Source: a virus
Taxonomy: Duplodnaviria > Caudoviricetes
Strand: one strand, 5' to 3'
Length of the DNA: 64,000 nt
IMG/VR virus record: IMGVR_UViG_2595698451_000001
Location: 91,632-155,631 of that record
The position numbers were made by a program, and so were the translations under genes. A model generated the notes under the pieces. The model worked only from the letters and a program-made list of their open reading frames with translations, ran no database searches and had not been told where the DNA came from. The stretch's first letter is position 1; every line of letters starts with the position of its first letter. Positions 1-10,343 of this stretch are shown piece after piece.

Positions 1-385
1 GCTGCTTGAGCGTTATGAGGACCGCATCTCTATCGTAGCTCTATTCTTTGCTGATGGGGACACTGAGAAGGCTAAGCAATACGTTGAAATGATGATCCAG
101 CAGGACTACCAACCAAGTACACCTACATTCCTTAACGCAGGCAGAAAAAGACGTGGAGAACTTGTCAGCTGCTTCCTGATGGAAGTCGGGGACTCCCTAA
201 ATGACATCTCTAAGGCTATTGATATGTCCATGCAGCTTTCTAAATTAGGCGGAGGAGTGTCATTAAACCTTTCTAAGCTCCGTGCTAAGGGGGAAGCTAT
301 TAAAGGTGTAGAAAACGCTACTAAGGGTGTCGTAGGGGTAATGAAGCTATTAGATAATGCTTTTAGATATGCCGATCAAATGGGT
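1..385 (+). CDS. nrdE: Class Ib ribonucleotide reductase alpha subunit, 5' exon (begins before window)
   Basis: YQPSTPTFLNAG, ELVSCFL and GGGVSLNLS motifs; frame runs to ...YADQMG and ends in U at 385, a group I 5' splice site. Confidence 0.95.
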
Positions 386-634
386 TGAGTTGGCTCCTTT
401 CGTCAGTAATGGCGATTGAAAAACCTCTTTAATTGCTGGGAACTCCTTATGGGACAATCAGCAGCGAAGCCTCGTTTGAGGAACGTTCAACGACTAGCCG
501 AAAGGCGTAGGCTACAAGCGATTGGTAGTCGAAATGGGAGGCATCCTTCGGGATGAAGATATAGTCTAATCTTCATGGTAACATGAAGCAGCCATATGGC
601 GGGACGTGCGTAGCGAACACGTCTGAATAGTCTG
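386..634 (+). ncRNA. Group I intron 1 in nrdE (249 nt, no ORF)
   Basis: Core elements AATTGCTGGGAA, AATCAGCAG, TTCAACGACTAG, AAGATATAGTCTA; ends in G; removal joins QMG to QRQGSG in frame. Confidence 0.93.
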
Positions 635-700
635 CAAAGACAAGGATCAGGTGCGGCATACCTAAACATATTCCACAGAGATATAAGTGACTTTCTCGAT
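635..700 (+). CDS. nrdE: nrdE micro-exon (22 codons, QRQGSGAAYLNIFHRDISDFLD)
   Basis: Manual translation gives the conserved NrdE segment; flanked by G| and U| splice sites; not in the ORF track. Confidence 0.93.
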
Positions 701-1058
701 TAATTGGTAGTCGCCTACGGTAGCAATACAGTAGTGAAAACTTTGTGAACGCAAGCAAAAGCGGTGTCCTTATTAAGGGCTAACGGGGGAACCTCAGCGA
801 GTAGTGTCGGTGGCAATCCCGTGCCAAGCCGAGCACCAGAGGAGGTGTTTATATGAACGCTGTATATAGGATAATAAATAAAACAAATGGAAGGTTCTAC
901 ACTAGTAGGGTTAATAATCCAAGATTTAAAAACTATTACAGGTGCTCGGAAGGTGTAGAGACTAATTAGTAAGCCAGAGATTAGCACTGGTTGAAGCGCA
1001 AAGCACCCTACAGGGGTGAAGATATAGTCCAACCCTCTTAGAAATAAGGGGATAGTTG
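701..1058 (+). ncRNA. Group I intron 2 in nrdE (358 nt)
   Basis: AATCCCGTGCCAAG, GTAGAGACTA, AAGATATAGTCC; ends in G at 1058; removal joins DFLD to TKKISADED. Confidence 0.92.
853..969 (+). pseudogene. Truncated GIY-YIG homing endonuclease relic in nrdE intron 2
   Basis: RBS GAGGAGGTG then MNAVYRIINKTNGRFYTS..., resembling a GIY-YIG N-terminus; only 38 aa. Confidence 0.7.
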
Positions 1059-2372
1059 ACCAAGAAAATCTCTGCGGACGAAGATGTACGTGTGAAGACC
1101 CTCTCTATCGGTGTAGTCATCCCTGATAAGTTCGTAGAGCTTGCACGAGAAGATAAGGACGTATTTGTGTTCTATCCACACACTGTCTATAAAGAGTACG
1201 GGCAGCACATGGATGAGATGGATATGAACGAAATGTACGACAAGTTGGTTGAGAACCCTAATGTCAAGAAAGAAGCTCTAAACGCTCGTAAACTTCTTGA
1301 GAAGATGGCAATGCTCAGATCAGAGTCAGGATACCCGTACATCATGTTCCAAGACAACGTAAACAAAGTACACGCCAATAATAACATCTCAAAAGTCAAG
1401 TTTTCAAATCTATGTTCGGAAGTTCTCCAAGCATCTCAAGTTTCTAACTACACAGACTACGATGAAGAGGATGAAATTGGATTAGATATCTCTTGTAACT
1501 TAGGTTCTATTAACATCCTGAATGTAATGAATCATAAGACGATTAAAGAAACTGTTAAGCTGGCTACAGACTCGCTAACTAGGGTTACTGATACTACACG
1601 TATTGTCAACGCTCCGGCAGTAAACCGAGGAAACCAGCTCATGAAGTCTATTGGTTTAGGTGCAATGAACCTGCATGGGTACCTTGCTACTAATGGAATT
1701 GCTTACGAAAGCCCTACTGCCCGGGAGTTTGCTAACGTCTTTTTCGCTGCTGTAAACTTCTACTCCATAGAGCGTTCTAACGAGATCGCTGTAGAAACAG
1801 GAGAGACATACGAAGGATTTGAAGGCTCTACATACGCTTCTGGTGAGTATTTTGACAAATACATTAACAACAGTTTCCTACCAGAGTCAGATAAGATTAA
1901 AGAGCTATTTGAGGGTATGGAACTTCCAACTAAAGAGGACTGGGCAGCCCTTAAAAAGAAAGTTATGAAGGGCGGCATGTATCATAGTTACAGACTATGT
2001 ATCGCCCCTACAGGATCAATCTCTTATGTACAGTCTAGTACGGCTTCTGTCATGCCTATCATGGAGAGAATTGAAGAGCGTACATACGGAAACAGCAAAA
2101 CCTACTACCCTATGCCGGGACTGTCCTCTAATAACTGGTTCTTCTTTAAAGAAGCTTATGACATGGATATGTTTAACGTAGTAGACATGATCGCTACAAT
2201 TCAGCAGCATGTTGACCAAGGGATTAGCTTCACATTGTTCCTTAAGGACACAATGACAACTAGAGACTTAAACAGAATCGACTTGTATGCACATCACAAA
2301 GGTATTAAGACCTTGTATTATGCGAGAACAAAAGATACAACTCAAGAAGGATGCCTATCGTGTGTAGTTTAA
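1059..2372 (+). CDS. nrdE: nrdE 3' exon
   Basis: FSNLCSE, ISCNLGS, IAPTGSIS, TLYYAR and C-terminal CLSC. Confidence 0.96.
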   Translation, partial: TKKISADEDVRVKTLSIGVVIPDKFVELAREDKDVFVFYPHTVYKEYGQHMDEMDMNEMYDKLVENPNVKKEALNARKLLEKMAMLRSESGYPYIMFQDNVNKVHANNNISKVKFSNLCSEVLQASQVSNYTDYDEEDEIGLDISCNLGSINILNVMNHKTIKETVKLATDSLTRVTDTTRIVNAPAVNRGNQLMKSIGLGAMNLHGYLATNGIAYESPTAREFANVFFAAVNFYSIERSNEIAVETGETYEGFEGSTYASGEYFDKYINNSFLPESDKIKELFEGMELPTKEDWAALKKKVMKGGMYHSYRLCIAPTGSISYVQSSTASVMPIMERIEERTYGNSKTYYPMPGLSSNNWFFFKEAYDMDMFNVVDMIATIQQHVDQGISFTLFLKDTMTTRDLNRIDLYAHHKGIKTLYYARTKDTTQEGCLSCVV

Positions 2373-2419
2373 AAGGTATCTCACTATGAAAAATCAATAT
2401 GAAACTAAGGAGCGAATAT

Positions 2420-2500
2420 ATGGGTGACTTTAACGTAACACCGCAACAGTCAGCAAATGGATTTACGGTACTCGAACTATTCTGCGGAGGAGGACTCTGA
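2420..2500 (+). pseudogene. N-terminal relic of a C5 DNA cytosine methyltransferase
   Basis: AAGGAG RBS, MGDFNVTPQQSANGFTVLELFCGGGL*; ends just after motif I (LELFCGxG). Confidence 0.65.
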
Positions 2501-2676
2501 TGGAGCTTGATAGAGAACTTAGCGAGTTAGGTTATCGTATTCGCAGAGCCATACACCATGGAGAGTGTTTCTACGAGGAGAGCGAGCTACTAAGCTTTCT
2601 CTCCGAGCTTAAAAAATTGGAAGAACTAACAAAGAAACATTATGCAGAGAATCAGGAGGAACGTTTAGATGACTGA
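2500..2676 (+). CDS. Small hypothetical protein (58 aa)
   Basis: GGAGGAGG RBS and TGATG overlap; overlaps the nrdF start; below ORF-track cutoff. Confidence 0.7.
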   Translation: MELDRELSELGYRIRRAIHHGECFYEESELLSFLSELKKLEELTKKHYAENQEERLDD

Positions 2677-3651
2677 AAAAATTTACACCGCTGCGGACTG
2701 GTCTAAACCAGACGATGACTTTACACAGATGTTTTACAACCAGAATGTCAAACAGTTCTGGCTCCCGGAAGAAATTGCCCTTAACGGTGACTTGCTTACT
2801 TGGAAGAATCTTAGTGTACAGGAACAAGATACTTATATGAAGGTTCTGGCTGGTCTTACATTACTAGACACGGAGCAGGGGAACACAGGGATTCCTACCA
2901 TTGCTGAACATATAAACGGACACCAGCGAAAAGCTGTACTGAACTTCATGGCTATGATGGAAAACTCGGTGCATGCTAAATCGTACAGTAACATTTTCCT
3001 TACACTAGCACCTACTGAAAAGATTAATGAAGTATTCGAGTGGGTTAAGAACAACAAGTATCTTCAAAAGAAAGCGAAGATTATTGTATCTGTTTACGAG
3101 AGTATTGAAAAAGGTAACGATGCTTCACTATTTATGGCTCTAGTAGCGTCTGTGTTCCTTGAAAGTTTCTTGTTCTATAGTGGTTTCTACTACCCGCTAT
3201 ATTTCTACGGTCAAGGCAAGCTCATGCAGTCAGGAGAGATTATTAACTTAATCATCCGGGATGAAGCAATTCATGGGTCTTATATTGGCTTACTTGCTCA
3301 AGAGATTTACAATAAGCAAGATGAAGAAACCCAAGGTGTCTTTAAAGCTAAGGCTATGGAGCTGCTCAGGGCTCTGTACGATATGAGATGGACTATACAG
3401 AGGATGTGTACAGTTCAGTAGGTCTGACAGCCGATGTTAAAAAGTTTGTCCGATATAACGGGAATAAGGCTCTTAACAACTTAGGCTGGGAAGGTACCTT
3501 TGAAGAGGAAGACGTTAACCCAATTGTTATTAATGGATTGAGCACAAAGACAAAATCCTTTGACTTCTTTTCGATGAAGGGGAATGGATACAAGAAGGCT
3601 ACAGTAGAGCCACTACAAAACGAAGATTTCTATTTTGGGGAGAGAGACTAA
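2669..3651 (+). CDS. nrdF: Class Ib ribonucleotide reductase beta subunit (1-nt frameshift near 3383)
   Basis: [33 protein letters not shown]; ORFs 2669-3421 and 3388-3651 join as YD(N)EMDYTED. Confidence 0.93.
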
Positions 3652-3887
3652 TGAGTAAACTTATTCTTTTGAAAAAGCACAATTGTACAGGGTGTGAGCT
3701 AGTAGACCTGTACTTGACAAATGAAGGGGCAGACTACCGCACGTATGACGTAGAAGAGGCGCCGGAAATTGCAGCACAGTATGAGGTAATGTCTGTACCA
3801 GTCCTCATCAAGCTGGACGATGAGGGGAACGAGCAGGAGCGCATTGTAGGGTACGCCCCTAGTGCTATAAGTGAAATGATTGAGTAA
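3651..3887 (+). CDS. Thioredoxin/NrdH-like redoxin
   Basis: CTGC motif and VMSVP cis-Pro segment, directly after nrdF. Confidence 0.85.
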   Translation: MSKLILLKKHNCTGCELVDLYLTNEGADYRTYDVEEAPEIAAQYEVMSVPVLIKLDDEGNEQERIVGYAPSAISEMIE

Positions 3888-3888
3888 G

Positions 3889-3927
3889 CAAGGGAGCAGG
3901 ACTTTATGTCTTGCTCTTTTTTTTTTG
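3889..3927 (+). terminator. Intrinsic terminator after the nrd operon
   Basis: GAGCAGGAC-n5-GTCTTGCTC stem followed by a T run. Confidence 0.85.
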
Positions 3928-3989
3928 TTGACAAACTTTGGTACAGTACGGTAGACTGTAACTATCTTATAAAATACAGGAGGTTACTC

Positions 3990-4184
3990 ATGGCGTATAA
4001 TGACATGAACGGAAAACTGACTGACCCTAAAGTCAGCGACTACATCAGACTGCTTCAAGACCATATGGAGGTTTACGGAGACACCCGTGTCAGAGCTTAC
4101 TTTGAGGACGAGTTAGTACACCCTGAAGTTCAAGCAGAACACTATAAGAACGTCTTAGTGCTTAATTTTAAGGAGGAAGAATAA
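3990..4184 (+). CDS. Hypothetical protein
   Basis: GGAGG RBS before ATG 3990; upstream TTGACA promoter. Confidence 0.75.
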   Translation: MAYNDMNGKLTDPKVSDYIRLLQDHMEVYGDTRVRAYFEDELVHPEVQAEHYKNVLVLNFKEEE

Positions 4185-4248
4185 TACAGGTCAAATGAGG
4201 TTTGCGCTGCAAGGACGGGCATACATTCTTTAAGGAGGTTACACACTA

Positions 4249-4440
4249 GTGGGAACACAATTAAACACGGAAGAAATTTTCAAAAGTAAAGGTTTGATGT
4301 TAATTATTACGGGGGCAACAGCTTTAGTTGAAGAAGAGGGAATGACACCCCGAGAAGCCTTAGAACAACTAGAAAAGGTTAAAAATACGATCTGGGGCGC
4401 TCTTAATGAAATCCACGCAGAGCAGGGCGGTAAGAAGTAA
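4249..4440 (+). CDS. Hypothetical protein
   Basis: AAGGAGG RBS, GTG start. Confidence 0.7.
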   Translation: MGTQLNTEEIFKSKGLMLIITGATALVEEEGMTPREALEQLEKVKNTIWGALNEIHAEQGGKK

Positions 4441-5030
4441 TGAGGGAATCCCCTTGTATTAAATGTGGAAAGATGACGGATGCAGACATGACAATGTGCT
4501 GCGATGGTCGAGAGTGCGGCTGCATGGGACTTCCTATCCATCCGCCTCTGTGTGAGGAGTGTGGAGAGACATTTTTGAGGAGGGCATGGAGTGAGAGGTA
4601 GAGCGATCTACCTAACCCGAGAAGAAATGAAAATGATTGAGTTGTGTTTGGGTAATGTGGAACCGGAGGACTTTATTGCTACAGAAAACAAATAGGAGAA
4701 CTTGGAACCCGATCATAGAGCATACAAAGCATGGCATTCGATACCAGATAAGATTTTCAAAGCATTAAGGGAGGGTGCGGAGTGATGTATAAAAGCAGTA
4801 CCGTCTATCTTACAAGTAAAGACAAAGAAGTGATTGACGAGTTGATTGAAATGTATTACACCGCTATAAATCCCGATGAAGAAATGGAAGAAGGAATACG
4901 CAGAATACGAATGAAAATTGAGAAGTGAAGGAGGGTGTAGAGTGATTGAGGTTATCGTAAAAAGTAAAATTAGCGGCAGATTCAAGAGAGGATTATTCAC
5001 CGCAAGGCAGTTACAGCCCTTTCCGAACGG

Positions 5031-5070
5031 GAAAGCCCATCGCCTTTAGGCATGGGATGAAAGTGAGGTT
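5031..5070. mobile_element. Probable IS200/IS605-family end hairpin relic
   Basis: AAAGCCCATCGCCTTTAGGCATGGGATGAAAGTGAGG, a bulged hairpin of the IS605-end type; no tnpA/tnpB nearby. Confidence 0.5.
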
Positions 5071-5180
5071 GGATACGGAGTACCACTAAAAATCGCTAAG
5101 TTTGTGGTGCTACAGCATACTGGACCTACGAGCAGCCTGTTGATATTGATATTTACCCCTATCAGAAAGGATGATCTAGA

Positions 5181-5393
5181 TTGAAGACAGAGATGACCAT
5201 TGACGGAGGAGAGCTCACCATTAGTACCGTAGACGGTGTATTTAGTGCCACAATAGACATCGAGACTGGGGAAGTCATAAGCTTTGTATACACAGTAGCG
5301 ACAGTTCCACAGGTGGCTGCATTCGCAAACAAGGTCAAGACTCGATACAACAAATTTCTTCATAGTAAAGACATTGATGATTTTATCAACTAG
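5181..5393 (+). CDS. Hypothetical protein
   Basis: AAAGGA RBS; followed by a terminator-like hairpin. Confidence 0.6.
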   Translation: MKTEMTIDGGELTISTVDGVFSATIDIETGEVISFVYTVATVPQVAAFANKVKTRYNKFLHSKDIDDFIN

Positions 5394-5496
5394 GTAGAGG
5401 GGTTTCTGCTCCCTACCTTTTTTCCGTTCTATGTTATAATAAGGATATAGGAATATACATACAATTCTGAAAAATACATAGATAGGACGGATTAAC

Positions 5497-6263
5497 ATGA
5501 CTAGGAAGAAGAGTTTGAACATCCACAATACGGATCGTCTCTTTAACCTTAACCTCACGACAAAGCAAGAAGAAGCTGATTTTATCAAGGTTACAAGGTT
5601 AAATGAGAAACAGATCGAGAAGGATATGGATGCATTAAAGGCAGCATCGACAAGATACAACAAACGAAACAATAAAAGGTATCTATTGTACAAGCAGCGA
5701 TACGCAAACGACACAGTTCAAGACAAGGTATTTGATCACGGAGGGCACATTTACTATTACACCACAGACCGGGTACCCTTACCTGTAATCAATAAACTAG
5801 CCAGTGTACCTCAGTCGGAGGTGGTATACTACTGTAAGAAAGAGCACACCCTCGAAGATGTTATGAATGTGCAGCTGGCTTCTATGGCTACACAGGTTAC
5901 TGTAGACGTTCCAATTGTGTTACCAGACATAAACCCTTATGACTACCTGTTTTCCCTTGCACCCTGAGGTATCATGTAGACAAAGTTAAAATCTCCTTCC
6001 CAGCTCTAAAGGAAGAAGAGCTGCAAGAGCGTCACAAAGAATACTATGTCTTCTATAATGGCATGTACCACTTAAAAGCGCACTATAAGTATCAGTGCTT
6101 CAAATACATTCAGGAACCGCTGTCTACTTGGAAAATGAACATCTGGCTGGTATGTGACTCTAAGATGGATAAGGATATGGTAGAGTCTTTAGTTGTCCGT
6201 AATACAAAACGTCTAAAGAAAAAGGCTGACTCGCAGGGAGGTAACTCTGATGGTCAATCGTAA
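5497..6263 (+). CDS. Conserved phage protein upstream of HU (frameshift near 5965)
   Basis: ORFs 5497-5967 and 6063-6263 read as one gene if one base is restored at ACCCTGAGG. Confidence 0.65.
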
Positions 6264-6540
6264 GGAGTTAGCTAGACGAATTGCACATATATTAGGCTAT
6301 AACATCGGAGAAGTGGAGGAGGTCCTAGCGGTGTCAGAGGATGTCATCGCAGATGCCTTAGCCTCTGGAGAAGAAGTTAAGATGGGAAAACTGTATAAGC
6401 TGTTCCTACAGGAACTCCCAGAGAAAAAAGCTTTCGATGGACTTAATAAGAAATACTTTGTTAGAAAGGCGAAGAAGGTACCTAAGTTTAAGCCATTGTC
6501 TCGGTTACAGAATATCAGCACAGAGGATACAGAGGAGTGA
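6250..6540 (+). CDS. HU/IHF-family DNA-binding protein
   Basis: NRKELARRIA...ALASGEEVKM...KKVPKFKP pattern. Confidence 0.85.
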   Translation: MVNRKELARRIAHILGYNIGEVEEVLAVSEDVIADALASGEEVKMGKLYKLFLQELPEKKAFDGLNKKYFVRKAKKVPKFKPLSRLQNISTEDTEE

Positions 6541-6622
6541 TACTCCTCTTTTTTATGTTGACAATCGGTATATGTTATAGTAAGATTATACACATGAATA
6601 CACTGTAAAGGAGAGAGCGATA

Positions 6623-6847
6623 GTGGAAAACTCATCAGTAATATGGGTAGAGGTTCTAAAGCCCTTTGGGTACTACATCGAAGATCACCCTGTTGGAGAA
6701 GTTATGCAGGTTGATTTAGTCCACGTAAACGATCTTGTAAAAGACGGGTATGCCAAGATCGTTGTAAACAATATGGGTGAGAACAGTCCAGTTGATAGAA
6801 ACCTAGACAACTTAGACCCATTCGAAGTACAGCTATCAGAAGAGTAA
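6623..6847 (+). CDS. Hypothetical protein
   Basis: TTGACA promoter and AAAGGAG RBS. Confidence 0.7.
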   Translation: MENSSVIWVEVLKPFGYYIEDHPVGEVMQVDLVHVNDLVKDGYAKIVVNNMGENSPVDRNLDNLDPFEVQLSEE

Positions 6848-6860
6848 GGAGGGTACAATA

Positions 6861-8825
6861 TTGAAAGTTTTATTTCTACAAGATCACCTTAAAGAGAACC
6901 ATGTTAAGCAAGTAGACGGAACTCTTCGTAATGTATACTTCCAAACACAGGCAGGTAAGATTCTTAAACGTACAGCGGAGGAGACCCTCAAGCTGAAAGG
7001 GAACGAATACTACATTGACTACGCCTACCAGCTGGTTCCGAAAGTTGTACAAAGAGATAAGTTTAACCGGGCTATACGATACAAGAAAGTAAGTTTAACA
7101 GAAGCAAGACCAGAGTTTGAGCTGCTATACGAGAGAATTATCAGGGAGAAGCCAGATATTATAGTCCCACAAGGGAACCTTGGATGCAGTGCATTACTCA
7201 AGAAAAATGGAATCAAGTCACTTAGAGGCGTCCCTCAAAAGGTTGTTGTTAGGCACGGTAATGCCTCCCATGAAACATGGGTACTCCCTACATTTAGTAT
7301 TGAGCACATGTTAGTAGACTACAAGGTCAACAACCTTGTTGCTGCCGATTTTAGCACGTTAGGAAAGTACATTGAACAAGGGGATGTAGCGTTTGAATCG
7401 GAGAATCGGGACTACGAATTTGTAGACAGCATCAAGCGGGTTAGAGAAATTTTTAAAACGATCTTGCCCGCTGCTCCTATTGTCGCATGGGACTTAGAGA
7501 CCAATACGTTACATCCCGAAAAAGCTGGAGCAAAGCCACTCGTTATCTCCTTGTCTTGGCAGGAGGGTACTGGGTGTACCATACCGCTAGAACATAAAGA
7601 GTTTACATGGATTCCCGGGCATTTAGCGGAGATATACGAGCACATAAAGGCATTCGTAGCTGACCCAGATATAATCAAAGTAGGTCATAACCTGCAGTAC
7701 GACATACGGTTCCTACAACTCACTAAAGGGTTTAGAGACTTTCATAACCATCGGGATACCAAGGTCATGTACTACCTACTCGTGGATCAGGATAAAGACG
7801 CTTCATTGAAGTTGAGTAACCTGAGCTATGAAATGACTGATATGGGCGGATACGACAAACCCTTAGAAGACTTCAAGAAAAAATACGTAGAAGACTATGT
7901 TGCTAAAGAGCGAGCTCGAATCAACCAGTTGAAAGAGGATTACAAGAAAGCAGTAGCTAAAGAAAGAGCCTTAGCCAAAAAGGAGAAAAGGAAAGCGCAA
8001 TTACCTCCTAAACCAAAGTTCCCTAAAGTTACTCCTCCTGTAAACGAGATAGATGGTAGTGACTTTAACTATGAATGGATTCCTTTAGAAAGCATGTTAT
8101 CTCCTTACGCATCTGGAGACGTTGACGCTTGTCTACGTATACATAACTTTTTAGAGAAGAAAGGTCAAGCAGAAGAGAACGCTAAAATTCGAAAGCTGTA
8201 CACTGAGCATTATACAGAGTTGTCCGCATACCTCGCTAAGGTAGAGGCTGCGGGGGTCCAAATGAACACGGATTACACCAGAGGACTTATTGATGCATAT
8301 ACAGAAGAAGAAGACAGACTTCTTCAGCTGATCCGTAAGTTCCCAGAAGTGCAGAGACTTGAAGAAGAGCATGAGGCACTATACATGAAAGGTTTAGAAG
8401 AGTGGTCTAAGCCGAAAGCCATGCGGAATGAAGAAATTGCAAAGCTACGTGATAAGTACAAAAAGAAGCTAGTCTTCAACCCAAACTCCTCAGACGACAA
8501 ACAGAAGGCTCTATATAAGTACACTGGATACAGACTCCCATACAACAAAGAGTTGGTTGTTAAGTCCGCTTTTGAGGATGGAATAAGTGAGGATGAGTTA
8601 GAGTGGTATCACTATAAAGCGGATAAGACAGCTTTAGAGTACATCAAAGAGAACTTTGAGGACCTCAAAGAATTAGCTGACCTGCTGCTAACCCACTCGT
8701 TGGTTAAGACTCGGAAACAGAACTTTACATATAAGCTGTTAGACTTAGTAAATGACAAGAAGCGGCTGTATGGTACGTTTAACCCTACAGGTACTGAGAC
8801 TACACGTCTTTCCTCTAGGGACCCT
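6861..8825 (+). CDS. polA: Family A DNA polymerase exon 1 (UDG-like N-domain, 3'-5' exonuclease)
   Basis: KPDIIVPQG UDG-like segment; WDLET, GHNLQYD and YASGD exonuclease motifs; ends at TTRLSSRDP. Confidence 0.92.
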
Positions 8826-9042
8826 AAGTAGAATTGGGGTATCTCGGTGAATTGCGGGGACATCCTTAGAGCTCCATTTACCAAGCTATACTGGAAACAG
8901 ATATAGTGGCTGAACTAACTACTCAGGTAAGGTAAAAAGAATGGAGATTGGGCAAGTAAGGTTTTGGTTGTCACCCTAAATATTGGTTGAAGTGCTATAT
9001 TACATTTAGAAACCAACCAATACTTTAAGAGGTGAAGTTAAA

Positions 9043-9636
9043 ATGAGTTTTAAAGAGATTATGGACGGATTACTTTTAGGAGATGGGTGTTTACGAAAGA
9101 CAGCTAGAACAGCTAAGTACACTCACTCAGCTAAACACGAGGATTATCTTCTGTGGATTAAAAATTTCTTGGAAAAAGAAGGAGTTTCCTTTACACCTAA
9201 GATTTATAGGAAAGACGAAGGAAGAGGAATTTACTATCAGCTCCATTCAAGAGTACATGAAAGGTTAACCGAAGAGTACCATAGGTGGTACACTGAGGAG
9301 GGTAAAAAGATATTACCTTCTGACCTAAAATTAACTCCTCTATCTGCTAAGCATTGGTATATAGGGGACGGAGGTTTAGACTCCGACAAGGGTTACTTAA
9401 GACAAATAAGTTTTGCCGCTCATTCGTTTTCTTACGAAGAAAGAGATTATTTAGTGGCACAGCTTAAAGAGCTAGGGTTTAAAGCAAGTAACCGAAAAAG
9501 AGGTCAGATATGTATAGCTAAAAGTTCCGTTAAAGACTTTATTGATTGGATTGGAGAATGTCCTACTAAGTCTTACGAGTACAAGTGGGAATTAACCAAG
9601 TACCAATCAAAACAACCAAAATACCGAAAGCTCTGA
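9043..9636 (+). CDS. Intron-encoded LAGLIDADG homing endonuclease
   Basis: GLLLGDG and WYIGDG motifs. Confidence 0.9.
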   Translation: MSFKEIMDGLLLGDGCLRKTARTAKYTHSAKHEDYLLWIKNFLEKEGVSFTPKIYRKDEGRGIYYQLHSRVHERLTEEYHRWYTEEGKKILPSDLKLTPLSAKHWYIGDGGLDSDKGYLRQISFAAHSFSYEERDYLVAQLKELGFKASNRKRGQICIAKSSVKDFIDWIGECPTKSYEYKWELTKYQSKQPKYRKL

Positions 9637-9776
9637 TGGATAATCCGCAGCCAAGCCTCTGAAATGCCGATAAGTATGAGGAAGGTTCAACGACTAGATT
9701 GTGAGCTAGGCAAAGCAATAATCAATCATTAGTGCCGAGAGTTATGTAAACGGGCTGTGTATCTGAAGGAGGAAAA

Positions 9777-10343
9777 ATGGAATTAATCTGGAAAGACATT
9801 CCTGAAGCTGAAGGATACGCAATAAGCAACACAGGTAAAGTTAAAAACAAGAGTACAGGTAAAATTTTAAAGACATGGGTTAATAATAGCGGTTATGAGT
9901 GTATAAAGATCAACACAAAAAAGGCAAAATTCAGAGATACAATACACCGGATAGTTGCCAAAGCTTTCTGTGAAGGTTATAAGGAAGGGTTAGTGGTAAA
10001 TCATATTGACACTAATCGACTTAATAACCACGCTTCCAACTTAGAGTGGATGACTTACAAAGAAAGTATCTCAGAAATGAAAGATCGTAATGCGCTGAAT
10101 ACTCATACAGCCAGAGAAGCCCATAAAAAGAACCTGATAAAGAAAGTAGATATGTATAGTAAAGACGGAAAAACTTTCTTAAAAACATTCGATTCTATAC
10201 GAGAAGCCGCTAAGGAATCGGGTGCTCGTCCTGAAAAGATAACTGAAACAATTAAAGGACGAAGGTTTACTGCGGGAGGGCATCACTGGAAGTACAATAA
10301 CCCCAAAGACAACTACTCTTACTATACAAAAGGAACACGATGA
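9777..10343 (+). CDS. Intron-encoded NUMOD4-HNH-NUMOD1 homing endonuclease
   Basis: WKDIP..YAISNTGKV, IHRIVA..VNHIDTNRLNNHASNLEW, FDSIREAA. Confidence 0.9.
   Translation: MELIWKDIPEAEGYAISNTGKVKNKSTGKILKTWVNNSGYECIKINTKKAKFRDTIHRIVAKAFCEGYKEGLVVNHIDTNRLNNHASNLEWMTYKESISEMKDRNALNTHTAREAHKKNLIKKVDMYSKDGKTFLKTFDSIREAAKESGARPEKITETIKGRRFTAGGHHWKYNNPKDNYSYYTKGTR

Noticed and set aside
3370-3421. Programmed frameshift or pseudogenisation of nrdF
   Set aside because: One missing base with no slippery site. Similar indels occur near 5965, 13135, 13627 (recA), 32935, 40782, 48020, 51582, 62405 and 62785, several in homopolymers and in conserved genes, so assembly error is the simpler explanation; raw reads would decide
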